The notes: generated from the sequence alone by a model not told the origin. A DNA stretch of 54,524 nt, filler included, from Sluysia triapertura (GCA_046118255.1; 4 parts of 4 records of this genome joined end to end with filler, not necessarily neighbours in it), one strand, 5' to 3'. Counted from the whole stretch's first letter, positions 1 through 13,438 are shown. Program-made: numbers and translations.

Positions 1-47
<47 letters not shown>
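1..47. repeat. (ATT)n microsatellite
   Basis: Uninterrupted attatt... run at the window start. Confidence 0.97.
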
Positions 48-689
48 CGTATTTTATTATTATATTAGTCCTATATTGATACAACAAGGTCAAGGTTATT
101 GAAAGGAATAAAAATTTTTAAAATCTAATTTTATTTTGTTTTATTAATTTTTAATTCGAGCTAACTTTAAAAAAGTCAACTATATATGAATTAATAGTAT
201 GACCTTAAAAAGATTTAAAAATTTTTGAATTCGAGATAATTGAAAATAAACTGAATGATGCTGTTTAATCCATGCTCTATGAATGGTGCGCCAGATGCAC
301 GATCATGTGAAGAAGCTACTGCTGTATTTCAACGAAATGCAGTCTCATCAATGAAGCACCTGCGAATTCGGGCAGAAATGTATAATCATGAACACATTAA
401 GCCAAGATCAACTTTCTGTAACTATATATTACAGTCGATTCGTTTTAATTCATGTCACAAACACCCTTCGAGGATTAGATGAAGAAGGCCATGATGCCAT
501 GTATAGTTTTAGTCCTGCAGGATCAAACGAAAGAGAATGTTACAGAGCAAGTGGAAGTAGATCTGCAATGTTACAGCCATTTTTGGACAACCAAATAGTC
601 AAGAAGTCAAAGACTTGATTGCTGAAGATGAACTTTATTTTGTCAAAGGTATGTGCAGTAGTGTCGCAGAAAGAGATACATTGTGGTAA

Positions 690-1030
690 CTCTGTTTTAA
701 AAGTAAAAAATAGTGAAATTATTTTAAAATGCGTTATTAAATTCAGAGATGTCATTTTTATTTTATTTCGTAAAGTTTATAAATATAATGTCATGTTAAA
801 ATATGTTGCATGTCATAAAGTTCATAAAGACAAAAATGTTATTCTAAAATGTAATTCATTTCATAAAGTTTATGAAGATAATCATGTTTTATAAAGATGA
901 TGATGATCAAACAAAAGCTTACTTTGGCCAACATAAATATATTAATTTTAAATATGCTTTGTTTTATAACTTGTATCAAGATGAAGATATTGTAAAATGC
1001 ATTTCGTTTTATAAAAATGATAAAGATATT
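690..1030 (+). repeat. Degenerate ~45-48 bp tandem repeat
   Basis: Recurring unit like gttattctaaaatg...tcataaagtttat(g)aagat; reads as VMLKYVACHKVHKD / VILKCNSFHKVYED / IVKCISFYKNDKD in ORFs 619-894 and 872-1240. Confidence 0.55.
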
Positions 1031-2399
1031 ATGCCGAGCAGGCTACATCGAGACGAGAGCCAGATTGCCGCCTCCGGTCATAAGGAAGCTGTTCGCACGC
1101 ATGTCAACGGTATCGGGCAGAGCAGTGACCCCATGTCAGCTGGAACTGTTACCCGTCTAGAATGTAAGCGTTACGTGCTTGATTTCTTTTTTGTGTGTTT
1201 CAATAATGACAATAAAGCGACTGTTATCGACAATAAATAAAAAAGTTTTGTGTTATTTTTGTTTTAAAGGTTTTCGTGATAATAAAATTTTCATGTGTCT
1301 TAAGCAACAATTTATTAATTATATTTAGGTAAATATGGATAACAATTTTTATAATCAATTAAATAACATAGTTAAATTAATTATAATAGAATTAATATTA
1401 GACATCAAAACAATAACGATAATAAAATTAGATTTGATAACTCTAACATAATCTGATCTACTATAACTCCCTAGCATAATTCAGAAAGATTGTCATTTTT
1501 TCGAATATTTCGTGCCTTTTGCAGATTCTGTATACTTTTGGAACTGATTATATATCTTTGAACATATGCGTTTAGTACATTTATAACAATTTACCTTAAA
1601 GATAATTTCATTCTCACGTCATACATTTTATCATTTCCAAAAGATATTCAGGATTTACTAAACATATTCGGTTATAAATTATTTAAAGTTATAACGAATT
1701 TTCTCAAAATAGTGCAGAATTAAAATATAAATTAAATATTGAAATCGATCAAATACATAAACGAATATTATCTTAACACATTGAAGACGTTATGTGATGA
1801 AAAGCACATAATCTGAATTCCGGCATTTTACGTTGAAATTATATAAATTAAAAGTAAATTATATAAATTATTTAAATTATAAACATGTTGTTTGAAATTC
1901 CAATTAACGTGAATTAAGGTCATATGTCCTCATTTCATTAAACTTGGAAAAAAGTGATTATTGAAGTGATTATTTCACAAACTAAGAAAGTAAGTGAATT
2001 AACAGAAGAAGTAACAAAGGAACTCTGCTCTATGCATTAGAGCAGAGTAATGATGATTTGGAAAGAACGTACAGTTTTAGAAAATGAATTAGAAGAAAAT
2101 GATTTCACGATTGCATGGTGCAAGGTATAAAATACGAAGCGCCAAATCTAAGGCAAGATTTAAAGTTAAAGAAGTCAAAAGTGTCGTAAATCACAAATGG
2201 ATGAAGAAAACATCAACATTCTTTAATAATAACGAGATTGATTGAAGAAAACATCAGCATTCTTTAATAATAAGTCCACTGGTGCAAGCTTATTTTTTGA
2301 CCTTCTTCATGAGAATAGTATCAGTTCAAGAAACAGTGACAGTAAACCAAGTTCATGGCTAACTCCTTCATCTTTAATAACTAATCCACGGTAACAAAA

Positions 2400-5100
2400 C
2401 CCGTTATAAGTTGTTTGAAATGTCCGCTCTAAGCCTAAATTCTTTATATTCTTGATGATGTGTGTTGGTGCCTTTCAGAATTACTCCTTTAGCACTTTTG
2501 CATTCAATAGTACTAAATAATAAAGAATAGAATTTGGCCCTCAAAAATATCCATTGAATTTATTTTAACTTAATTTGACTCTTGTCTTTAAATTTACCTA
2601 CTATACCTGGAAATTTCGTATTATATATTGGATTGTTTGCTTCATGATTTGACTTCTCCAAAAATTCATCGTTAATCATTTCATTTAATAATGAAACTAA
2701 ATTAACAGTACACTTTAAAAATGAACCAGCTGTGTTACCAGCCATAATTTCAATCTTACAATTAAATCGCTGTCGATATTTTTTAATTCTTCACAATGTA
2801 ATTGATACATCTATAATTTACTTAAATCTAAAACAATTTGACCCACATAATCTGGTTTTTCCAAGCACACTACTTTTCATAGTAAAACTGCAATCAAATC
2901 GTCAGCAACTTTAATTGAATTTTTAAAATTGGCTTTAAAATTAGCAGTACCACAAAATCTTTCGCTAGCATGTCGTTTTAAATTCTTTACAGTCTTACAA
3001 TAAAGAGAATTATTTTTAACTTGTAAAAATTTTTCCGGAATTTTATTGTTGTTGACTACGCTTATTTGAATTATAATCAGCATTTTTTTAATTACAAGTT
3101 TGATCAAATTCAATTGTTCTAAGAATTTTACAAAATGAGGTTCCTACTTTTTTATACTTTTGTAGGATACACTAATGCATTAGAAAAATTATCATGCACA
3201 AAAGATGGAATAATCAAGTCAACTTAGAATTTATAACCTATTTTACTATTTACACTATCTGTATTTTGTAAATTTACAATTAATTAATTTAATTTATTTG
3301 CATCATAAATCCATTCGAAGTCATTATGCGGCAATGGTTGTGATAAAGCCCAGCCTTATAAATTATTAATATCTATGTACAATAAGCTAGTATTATTTTC
3401 AGCTTTCGCATAATGCTTATTTTATTTCAGCTCTTACATAATGATATGACAAATGTTATTCCACTAATCATTTTTCCCAAATAACTAAGTAATAAGAAAA
3501 AGTTGACAGAATGGAAAGGATATTCATTTAAGACTGTTTTCCTAAATTCTTTAAAAATGTGCCTAATTTTAAGTAGGCCATCATGTAATCAAATAAATTA
3601 TCACAATTTAATTCTTGCCACATTTTTAATGCCTTAAAATAATCGTCTTCACTTATACCATTATTCCATTTTAGTAGTAATGATTTAATATTTGTAATAT
3701 TTGAAATAACCTTATGATATGGAAAAATACATTTTGATTTTTCTACATTATTTCAAAATAATTTACTAGTTAATGATAAAGCAGACATCGTGCTTGTTAA
3801 ATTTGCTAAATTACTTCGTAAAAATTGAAAATTATTTATAAATTTAATTGAATAAGTTTTCAATGATTTAAAATAAATAAATAATGCTTGAAACGTTTCT
3901 GAATTTTTGGATATACAGATTATTTCCCATTTTATTAATTAATCCAATGAACATTTTAATATGCGATGAATGTCATATCCACATAAACTGGAACGAATTT
4001 TTCTACTTAAATTACATTTATTACAAGATGCATATAAATGCTTATCACTAAAACCATCATGATATTTAAGAAGTTTAGTTGCTGGTTTTTTTAACAAATA
4101 ATATCATTTTGCATTAAACCGAAATTATTCGTAACTAGTTAAATTCATTTCTTTTTTATCGTGGTAATTAGGCATAACTATATTTTGAACAAGTTCTTCA
4201 ATTTTATTAAAAAAAACTCACTACACATTTATCATCAGCAAAACTACAGCATTTCGTTTTGGGCCTACTAATGATTAACCTACAACTACTGGTTCATGCT
4301 TTTGTTGATATTGTTCGTCTGCCAGTGATGCAGATTCAAAATCTGCTTAAATAATAAATAATGGTGATATTGATTTACTGAGATCATTAAATTCATATTT
4401 ATTATCAATTTACAAAATTTACAAAGTATCTCCTTTTAATGACTTAATATGTTTATTAAAAGAGATTTCTGTCCCAAATCCTCTTAAACACTTTATACTC
4501 TAATTATTTTTAAAAAGTTCTCCATGCCTACATTAAGATATTTGTTTAAGTCTTTGATTGATTCATAATAGAAGCTATTTTCGTCTTCCAATAATAAGAA
4601 ATAACTAACACTTACTTATATATAAAATATCAATAAATGGATTCTTAAAATATCGTTCTTATCATGGATATCACATTCAACAATTGAAAAACATTTATCC
4701 GTAAGTTATTTAATCGTTCAAATTTAGATATGTTAAATATAGTCAATAAAGGGAATTCAAAATCTTTATAATTGAATTCATCCAAATATTTTGTGTAATT
4801 GATTTGGTTTTTATTTACAAAATCGTTATCATTATTTTGAATATTAACCTATCTCGTGTCTTAATATATGACCTACTACTTAAACATGTTTAGTCTGACA
4901 ATTTTGTTACATTAAAGTACAACTCCAAAATATGGTCTACAATCCAAGAACTACCTAAATTTACTTATACTTGTATTTTTTCATTTATTGAATTTTTTGA
5001 GAAATTTATAAAATCAATATCGTAACATTAGCTGGTTCACTTTCGTATCATTTTTTTAATTTCACCATCATTACTAAATTTGATTTTAGCTCCTGCATGG
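2400..5100 (-). pseudogene. Family B DNA polymerase of Maverick/Polinton type, heavily disrupted
   Basis: Motifs in the expected order on the minus strand: GSSWIVDHI, VNIQNND, II*ADFES, CNKCNL, LCGYDIH, LYIDINNL*GWALSQPLP, NNSLYCKTVKNL, KPDYVGQIVLDLSKL*MY, GIVGKFKD, LRAKFYS, KSAKGV. Many stops and frameshifts. Confidence 0.85.
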
Positions 5101-5859
5101 ATTTTAATGTTTCGTAATTGATATTTAATTTCTCTTAACTTAACTATTATTTCGTTAGGAAAAAGTACTGATTTTATATCATAATCACTTTAATTGTAGT
5201 GGATATTTTAAAAATGGTTATCTTAAAGGATAAACTATGTAATTCAAATTACGTTTTCCATTTGCATTTCCACCTTCGTCGACGATTTTCCAAAGTAAAA
5301 TTGTTAAATTCATATATTCTATTTTTCTTAATATTGCCTATAATTTTAGCCCTTAAGTGTATAAGTCTAAGGTTATAGGAAACTCACGTTAAAAAGTTAA
5401 GAAACTAATAAACTCCAAACATTTCCCATATTAACAATTATATTAATAATAAAAAGTAATATCGTCCGATAATTGTGTATATATTATACACTGAACTGAT
5501 TTTAATTCTATAAATTAATAATAAGTAAAGAAAAAAACTTGTTAATAAACACATCTTCTTTGTTGAATACGTCGTATTATTCAACATCTAATAAAAATAA
5601 AATAATATTTAACTAAAACAAAAACGACACTAAAAAGGTAATATCTTTGTTTAGTTAGTTTTTATCAATAATTTACTACTTACTGTTGTAAATAGTACAT
5701 TATTGATTTTAAAATAATTCTGATGACAAAAATTATTTTTCACTAAAATTATTTTAGTTTACTTGCAAATTTTTGTAATATAAAATATGATAATTAAAAA
5801 GACATCAAACTTTATTAATACAATTTATATTAAGACAACACTTATAAAAATTATATACA

Positions 5860-6330
5860 AACTATTTTTGTATGAAATAATCTAGGCATAATGCCAAACA
5901 TTTTAAATATGCACAATATTTGTTATAATCACTAAGTAAACATGTGAAATTTTTTGGTATTACTTTAAGTATTACTACATTGCACAAAAATATTCTCAAT
6001 TCTAGAAATAACATTTTCACATGCGCATACTTTTCTACACCATATATAAAAAGAACTATGTGTTTAATATCATATTTGAATTTGATTTCTTGTAGTACTC
6101 ACTCTCTGCGAAATTTTATATTTCCTTTGACCATAATAATTTATGTACGTTTCATTAAATACGTGTTTGTTTAGCTTTTTCTTTCAATTCATTCCATTTA
6201 ATTGATGTTAGGTACGTATCATGAATTGGATCAAACCAATCTTCTACATACATATACATAATTCTATAATTAATACTTTGTTCTCATTATTAACAAAATT
6301 TTCTATATCAATGAAACCGAACTAATTTTT
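5860..6330 (-). pseudogene. Polinton-associated exonuclease-like accessory ORF, disrupted
   Basis: FIDIENF...IIELCI...WNELKEKAKQT...HKLLWSK...YGVEK...KYCAYLKC fits the remembered DxEGF / KEL / HGLxW / KGxEK / CA pattern of small ORFs found beside polinton PolB. Confidence 0.5.
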
Positions 6331-6389
6331 ATATTTTTATTGGACGACAATTTTTTATAGCAATAAAAAGATTATTAACAAATTAAGAT

Positions 6390-6700
6390 ACATTTAAATA
6401 AAATTATTGACACAAATATTGATAATACAATCATAAAATTCGAAATTGTCTCAAAATTGTTAATATATTTTGAATTGTATAGGTCTAGTAATTTCAATAA
6501 GACGATTAACTCATTAATTTTGATAACAAAAACCAAATGGATCAAATGAATAAACACATTTAGGTTTCAAATAAATTGCAAGCCAATTTTCACCATCTAA
6601 ATTACTTGTATGTGTATTTACAATTTAATCCCATTCATCTAAATATAATGGAATTTTTTCCAGTGAGTATACACCTTTAAACTCATTTTCAAGTAGAGTG
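6390..6700 (-). pseudogene. Adenain-like cysteine protease (Maverick PRO), disrupted
   Basis: EFKGVYSLEKIP...IVNTHTSNLDGENWLAIY...YSFDPFG matches FxGVY / IVNTxxSxxxGxHWxA / FDSFG; the catalytic His position reads Asn and stops are present. Confidence 0.75.
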
Positions 6701-7705
6701 GTACTAATTTGATTAATTTTTAAAGAATTAATTATATTATAATATATAAAAACTTAACTCAAAATTTAAACCAATCTTATAAATAAACAAAATGATCTAC
6801 TATATAACATTTTCATGTGACATACTATTAGAAAACTACTAATGAAATTTACACCTGGGCCCCTTTAACCCGACTTGTAGGTAAACTGTGAAAATGAAAA
6901 CTTGATCGAAAATTACGATAAAAATTTTTTACTTGAAATTATGACATTCATCATTTTTGTGCCATGAACATGACTGGCATCATTTATTATGATACCGAGA
7001 CAAGAAATATGGATATTGATTGGAATCCCGAAAAGTTTTTTTGGAATTTGTCTTGCAAGGGCTCATTCGTTTCAGGAGTGACATGATGTGTTAAGAATAG
7101 AGGAAAGTGTGGGTGGTACTGGTTAATACATGAAAATGACTAAAGTAATTTCGAGTTTTCCCTGTTATCTAGGTTTTGTGAAGTAAGAGGTTCTTGTCGA
7201 CAAGAAAATTTTTAAATAAAAATTTTCCACTTCTGTCGCAAAATAGAATTTTTAAGATATGGCCAAATTCAAGAAACATCCAGTTTTTGTATAATTATTA
7301 TTTGTAGACATGCTCAAATATGGGATCAAAGAATGGATCAAAAAGTCTATAAATATGTCACCGCAAGCACTAATAACAAGATTAATAAAATTAATACGTT
7401 ATATTATTAACTTATAAAATTCTAGTTTATAATCGGTTTATAATCGGCCTAGAAAATTAAATAAAAGTAATGACTTGAAAATGTCTAGTTATTTATATAA
7501 TTATTTATAAAAATTATATAAATAACTATTTATATAATTATTAATTTTATGAATCGTATTAAATATAAAAAATTTGGAAATTACATCATAAAAATCTGAA
7601 TCAAAATTGAAATTATTGTAAAAGGTGTTGCTGAATTTTATAAATGAATCTCTTTATAATTGTTGTCATTATAAGTGATATTATTGTTACTACAGACATA
7701 TAATA

Positions 7706-8179
7706 TAGTCATATCTCGATTTATTGCCATCTTTCGTCTTACGTATTTTATGGCATTAAAAGAAAAATTGCAATAAATACAGTTGTTAAGAAATTAACAA
7801 TATAAATTTCCTTAAATATTGGCCTGCTACACTTAAATTAGTTTACTAAACAAACAAAATTTAATATATTAATATTAAAAAATTACTTAATTTAAAAACT
7901 ATTATTGTAAATAATAGCAATCATCTTAGTTAATTTGTACTTTTCTTTATAAATTAATAAGCCATTCTAAATACAAATGCATATTTAGTGTAAAAATAGA
8001 TACTGTAGTCATTAATCTTGAATTGAACGAATTATTTTCTATACTTACGTTATATTATAGTTTAATTATATAATTAATTTTTATATTAAATTAATTTTAA
8101 TGTTATTTAAATATTGGCAATAATTAAAATATTGACTGATGGTTATATGTGAAAATGGTATTAAATCGAGATATGATTG
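7706..8179. mobile_element. Tc1/mariner-pogo (Tigger-like) MITE, 474 bp
   Basis: Imperfect TIRs tagtcatatctcgatttattgccat / atggtattaaatcgagatatgattg, each flanked by TA; non-coding interior. Confidence 0.75.
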
Positions 8180-9629
8180 TATATATATAAATATTGAATC
8201 TTAAGATAAATAAAATTGGTGCTTTAGGAAATAAGTTTTTCACCGTCAACAGAATCCTTTATTTATTACTTACTCTGATAAATAGCAATGTATACTATTA
8301 CTAATATGAAGATTAACATTTTGATTAGTCAAGATTTGTGATTAAGCTTGAGACATTAGAACATCAATAATTTGAATTTCCTGGTAAAGAATTGACAATG
8401 TATTTGCTTTAATTAGTAAGTCATTTTTTGATAAAGGCTTGTAAATGAGGGCCAAAATAATAACAAATCAAAAGCCAAAAAAGGCTTCAATTTTAACTTC
8501 GTCTGTTGTTATTAATAATAAAATTACCGATATTAATACTTTTGTTTTAATTGATTGTAATCCCATCAAAATTTGCATTCAATTAATGTAAACTTGTGTT
8601 AATACCCTCCATTTAAGAGTTTAAGTATTAAGAGCAATTTATTTAGCTTTTGAGGATTAATTATTTCGTGTGAAGTAAACTGAAGTAATAGAAATTAACA
8701 GATAAACTTCATGTTTAGTTTCAGGAATGCTCACTTAAAGTTGTAAGTCGGTTACTATAACCGGATCCTGATAAAAAGAGTCAAGAAAACCACACTTACA
8801 GCTCTGGATAGGCATAATTTTCATGGATAATTTCTTTTAAATAACTTTATTATTTTCTGTTACAGCTTTTTCTACAACAAATGAAATATTGCAGTACATA
8901 AACTATACTTAGTTATCATTTGTGAAATTTCAAATCTAAAATGACAAATTTAATACATTTACTTTTTTATTAGAAAGTGATGATGTAATTAACGATTTCG
9001 AAACCAGTGTTTCACTTTTCCTTACACCTTTTGATTTATCTTCGCATTTTATGTTAAGAAGTAATTTAATAATTTGTTTTAGTACTGCTTCTACTAACGA
9101 GGAGTTTATCTTTTAGATATTTCAGTTTTTTAAATTCTAGCCGTTGCTACGCAGTTCTCTTTCAAAAACAAACTTAAAAATCTCTTTCAATTTGAGAATT
9201 AGCAAATACATTCAAATTTTAGGACCAGACTCATTATTATTATTTTGATGTATCGATTTATTAATTTATAATTTAATTTAATTTATTAATTTAAATTTAT
9301 TAATTTAATTTATTAATTTATAAGCGCCAAACAGATATTTTATAATGTTTAATAAACGTGATCAAAATAAAATTTAAAAGTGAATGTGATCAGCAATTGA
9401 ATATTATTTAAAACGCTCTCATTTGTTAAAAACAAACACTTACGTAAAAACTTCTTTAATTGCAGCTAAAAATGAAGTTGAACAAATGCTGAAACAGTAT
9501 GAAATAACGTCTAGTTCGTCAAGATCTTTAATACAATCAGTAAAATTATATTATAGATGTAATAATTTTGTAATGTTCAACCAAAAGCAAATTGCTTTAC
9601 GCATTACCTCTGATACCTTATGAATTTTT

Positions 9630-9865
9630 CAGGTGAGTAGAAGATCACATGTAACACCTTATCTTAAAGAATTACATTGGTTGCCAATAAAAGCAAGAAT
9701 ATAATTCAAAATAATGACAATAATTTATAAATGTTTACATTACGGGAGTCCTTGATATCTTTTAGAATTAATAAAAAATTTGGAAAAGAAGATGAATATT
9801 TCATTAAGACATAATAATAATCTATACAGAATCCACAGTGATAATAAGCTAGGTGATAAGTTTGT
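9630..9865 (+). mobile_element. L2/Crack-clade LINE ORF2 C-terminal fragment
   Basis: RSHVTPYLKELHWLPIKARI*FKIMTIIYKCLHYGSP*YL, the HxTPxLxxLHWLP...YK...PxYL signature. Close paralog at 37085-37370 on the minus strand. Confidence 0.85.
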
Positions 9866-10689
9866 TGTGTATGAATTCATTCAAATTATAATTCATTTAA
9901 ATTAAAGTCCAGGTGTATTTGTGTAAATTATATGAATATTTGAATTATAGACTTCAAAGTTATATAAAAATAAATCAATATTGTTAATACATATGAAATT
10001 GGAATACATATTAAATATTTTATTAATTTTATTACTTTAATTATTTTAATTTTTAATTATTTATTTACTGTAATTTTTCAAAAAATTGTCGCATCGTCAT
10101 AAAAAATATTTTATTATTATCATTTTGACTTTTTGTTTAACAATTATAATATTTTTTTTGTTTAAATGACCACAAGGTCATTCATCTGATTATATAAGAT
10201 TAAACAATTTTAACATATTTCACAACACAACACGTAGTTTTGAATTCTTAATTCACGTTTTACATTTTTCAATCTTAGATTTACAATTTTTCGATTTATA
10301 CTTCTCAGTTGTCAATTCTCAATTTCCAATACGCACTTTGCAATTCGATCGCTGTTTCCATTATAAATAGTCAAAATTTTAAAGCAATTCTTACGAAGAT
10401 ATAGATATATCGCTGATCGTTAGTTTTTTATTTTAAGTTTTTCAGCAGTATTTATAACTGCATTTTTAAAATATAGGTAAAATTATCTTAACATTAAACA
10501 GCTACTTTTTCATAGTAGCTAATTAAAATCAATCTTTAAAATCAGAATTTCACTGAAGATTATCAAATTATAATCTTATTTAAAATTTTTATATATATTG
10601 CCATTGTATATTTTCTTTTTATATTGTGTAAAATAGAATTTGATTAGTATTTACTTTAATTAATTACTAAAATCTATTTATTAAAGAAA

Positions 10690-10789
10690 AGGTTCTGTGT
10701 AAGAACCTAATTAAAATATCTACAGTATTATTAAAGGTTCTGTTTAAGAACCTCATTAAAATCATTTTTTAGGTTCGAAGCAAGAACCT
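10690..10789. repeat. Three copies of a 19-bp hairpin AGGTTC-N7-GAACCT
   Basis: Copies at 10690-10708, 10735-10753 and 10771-10789. Confidence 0.8.
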
Positions 10790-11339
10790 TTCTGTTGCCA
10801 GATTCAAACCTTTGGACTTCAAAATAATTTGTCTGACACCATATCTGCGAAGCGTGATAAAACCAAACGCCACATAATTACTGAAACTGAATTAAGTACA
10901 ACCGCAATAATTAAAATTATTTTATCTTTTCTTTGGGTATTACTTACCTTTCTGATTCAGCACAGTTTTTATGTTCTACTTTTTAATAAGCCTGTTTGTT
11001 CTCATAAACAGTAAAACTAGTGTCCGACTTACAACTTATGATGTCACACTTGCCGGACTCACTAGGCAATCAGAATTAATATTCCAAATATTTACAAAAT
11101 CATTAAAAATTTGTATTAATTTTTTTACGATATTTAATACTTAGATTTGTAATCTTTGAAATTATATTACATATAGACTTATATAAACAAAAAATAGAAA
11201 ACATAATCATTAAACTAATAACAAAATAATATCGAAATATTTTATAATGCATTTAATTATTACATTAGTAATATTAATAATCAGTTTATTATCAGTTGAA
11301 GGTAATATTTAATTAAAATACTTTGTCTAATATTTTTAG

Positions 11340-11556
11340 GACAAAATCTTTGTAGAGCATATACTATTTATATGAATAACTGTTTATGTGGCAATATTCA
11401 AAAGTTTACAAAAAATGGTGCTCACTATATTTCAAATGCTTTAATAAAAGTTGGGTTTATTGAATTGATGCATGATTATAGGCTATTAAAATGTATTTCT
11501 AGTAGACCAATTCGTGTTAATCAATTATTACAATGGTCTCGGCGTAGATTTAAAAA
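11340..11556 (+). CDS. Putative isolated exon of an unknown, possibly extracellular Cys-containing protein
   Basis: tttttag acceptor, stop-free frame QNLCRAYTIYMNNCLCGN...WSRRRFK, gtaaag donor. Confidence 0.35.
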
Positions 11557-12264
11557 GTAAAGTTAATTTTTGTTCACATATTAATAATGAAAACCAATAA
11601 GCTAAAAATAATAAATTGCATTTATTATTTATGGTGTATTTAACTCTGAAATTCCCAACCTTAGAGGCGTTGGATTTAAAAATTATTCCTGTAAGATAAA
11701 ATGATAGTAAATACATTAATAAAAAACGTTAAAAGTTTTCTTTCTGTTAAATTGTGCACTTGTAATTTGAAAAGTATAATTGTGTATTGATATAGATGTA
11801 TTTATTCTTTATTAGTAGCTTTTGAGAGTTGAGACGATTATTTAATTAAGTATGTTAAGTAATTTATTTGTAATAATTAAACTAAATTTGTACAGAATAG
11901 TTAAAAGATATTTATTGAACTTATATGCATAACTTTATATTTTTTGAAATTTTTAGTAATTTCCTACATTTTAAAATTATGATAAATATTTTTTTAGATT
12001 TTATTTGGAAATACGGTAGTAAGTGTAACCAATGAAATCACCATAGATTTATTTAGAATATATATCATAGTTTTGTTTTTATAGGCACATTACCATAAGT
12101 AAATGAGCTCAGGAACATAGTGTTATTTATAATTTACTATTATCAAATAATTAAAACACTAAATTAACGCATAAAGCAGCACCTAATTTTTGGAAACTTT
12201 ACGTACACCTACGGCTATTGTACGGAATTTGAAGACGCATGAATTTTTAATCAAAATTTCTCAT

Positions 12265-12418
12265 GATTATAATAAAAATGAACATGGAAGAAAATATTAA
12301 TTGTATTGTTAAAAAGTGTAAATATCAATTAAGTAAAATGTCACATATTCGAAAATTTATTAATAAAGAAACAACTAAACTTATTGTTCACTCATTGATA
12401 ACTAGCAACATAGATTAA
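12265..12418 (+). mobile_element. L2/Crack LINE reverse transcriptase fragment
   Basis: MNMEENINCIVKKCKYQLSKMSHIRKFINKETTKLIVHSLITSNID matches the IRxxL...LVHALVxSRLDY region. Confidence 0.75.
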
Positions 12419-12706
12419 TTAAATCTATTAATTAAATCCAATATACGAAAATGTATGTGCATTACAATTAAGAATTTCAATAAAGGTAATTATATAGAAA
12501 ATAAAATTGTGTATATTTAGAATTATTAAAATAAATTTACAAAATATTCTGCCTTTAGGATTTGTCTTCATATGTGATAAACATTTAGTTATTAAATTAA
12601 ATTTATTTGTCTTGTTACTTCATAATATATTGTGTACTGCAAGCTTCTTCATTACAAGGAATTAGTAATACAAAATACTTAATATTTATTCTAATGAATT
12701 TTATAG

Positions 12707-12809
12707 AAAATATTTTCCTGATGGATTTATGAATGCCACAATAAAGAGCTCTGATAATGATCCTAATGGAATAAAAGTATCAGATTTAATACGACTTAAT
12801 GTGATATAA
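12707..12809 (+). pseudogene. Exon-like fragment resembling the start of an F5/8 type C domain
   Basis: tttatag acceptor, then KYFPDGFMNATIKSSDNDPNGIKVSDLIRLN (compare IPDxQITASS...ARLN), then a stop. Phase-compatible with the 11340-11556 exon. Confidence 0.3.
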
Positions 12810-13338
12810 AATATAATGCCAATATTAATAAAACGTTTATAATATTGAATAAAGAATCTGACCATGTTCTGAATTTTAATGACTTTATCTCCGAACAATG
12901 TAAAATAGATTGCAAATGTATAATTTTACAGTTAATTCTGTTTTTGGTTTATTTTGAAATTCGTATTCAATATTGTTTGTTTTTAGTGTCAAAAATTAAA
13001 ATCAAAAAGATTCACGCTACATCTTAAAAATTTTACTTTTGAAAGATTAAACCTATTCGTAAATAAAATTAATAGTAACTTAAATCATTACATCCGCAAG
13101 AGTAGTCATGAATTGTTTGAATTAATTAACGAACCCTCAAATTCCTCAAATTAACTAAAAATAATTAATGATTTTAATATGTTAAGGGAAATTTGGATAA
13201 AGTTTTCTTAAAAGAATAAAAAAAGTATCGAAAAAAAATTTACAATCACATTACTTATTAGATAATCAAAGATTTTGAAGAAAGGTTTTATACTTTTTTA
13301 ATACACTTTTATCTAATTACTAAGTTTGAATTTCAAAC

Positions 13339-13438
13339 NNNNNNNNNNNNNNNNNNNNNNNNNNNNNNNNNNNNNNNNNNNNTTAATTAATTAANNNNNN
13401 NNNNNNNNNNNNNNNNNNNNNNNNNNNNNNNNNNNNNN
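13339..13438. other. Artificial assembly spacer
   Basis: N44-TTAATTAATTAA-N44; the core has stops in all six frames. Confidence 0.97.

Larger units (their letters stand above)
2400..6700 (-). mobile_element. Decayed Maverick/Polinton-like element (protease, exonuclease-like ORF, PolB)
   Basis: Three co-oriented remnants of genes typical of this family. No TIRs, integrase, ATPase or capsid gene recognised. Boundaries approximate. Confidence 0.75.

Noticed and set aside
240-620. ORFs 255-482 and 388-618, and a Tigger-like ENKLNDAV..LYEW peptide
   Set aside because: Too short and broken to assign to a family.
10790-10850. tRNA- or SINE-like B box (ggtttgaatctgg on the minus strand)
   Set aside because: No cloverleaf could be folded.
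13383-13394. TTAATTAATTAA repeated at ~13-kb intervals
   Set aside because: Centred in N runs each time; a synthetic linker.
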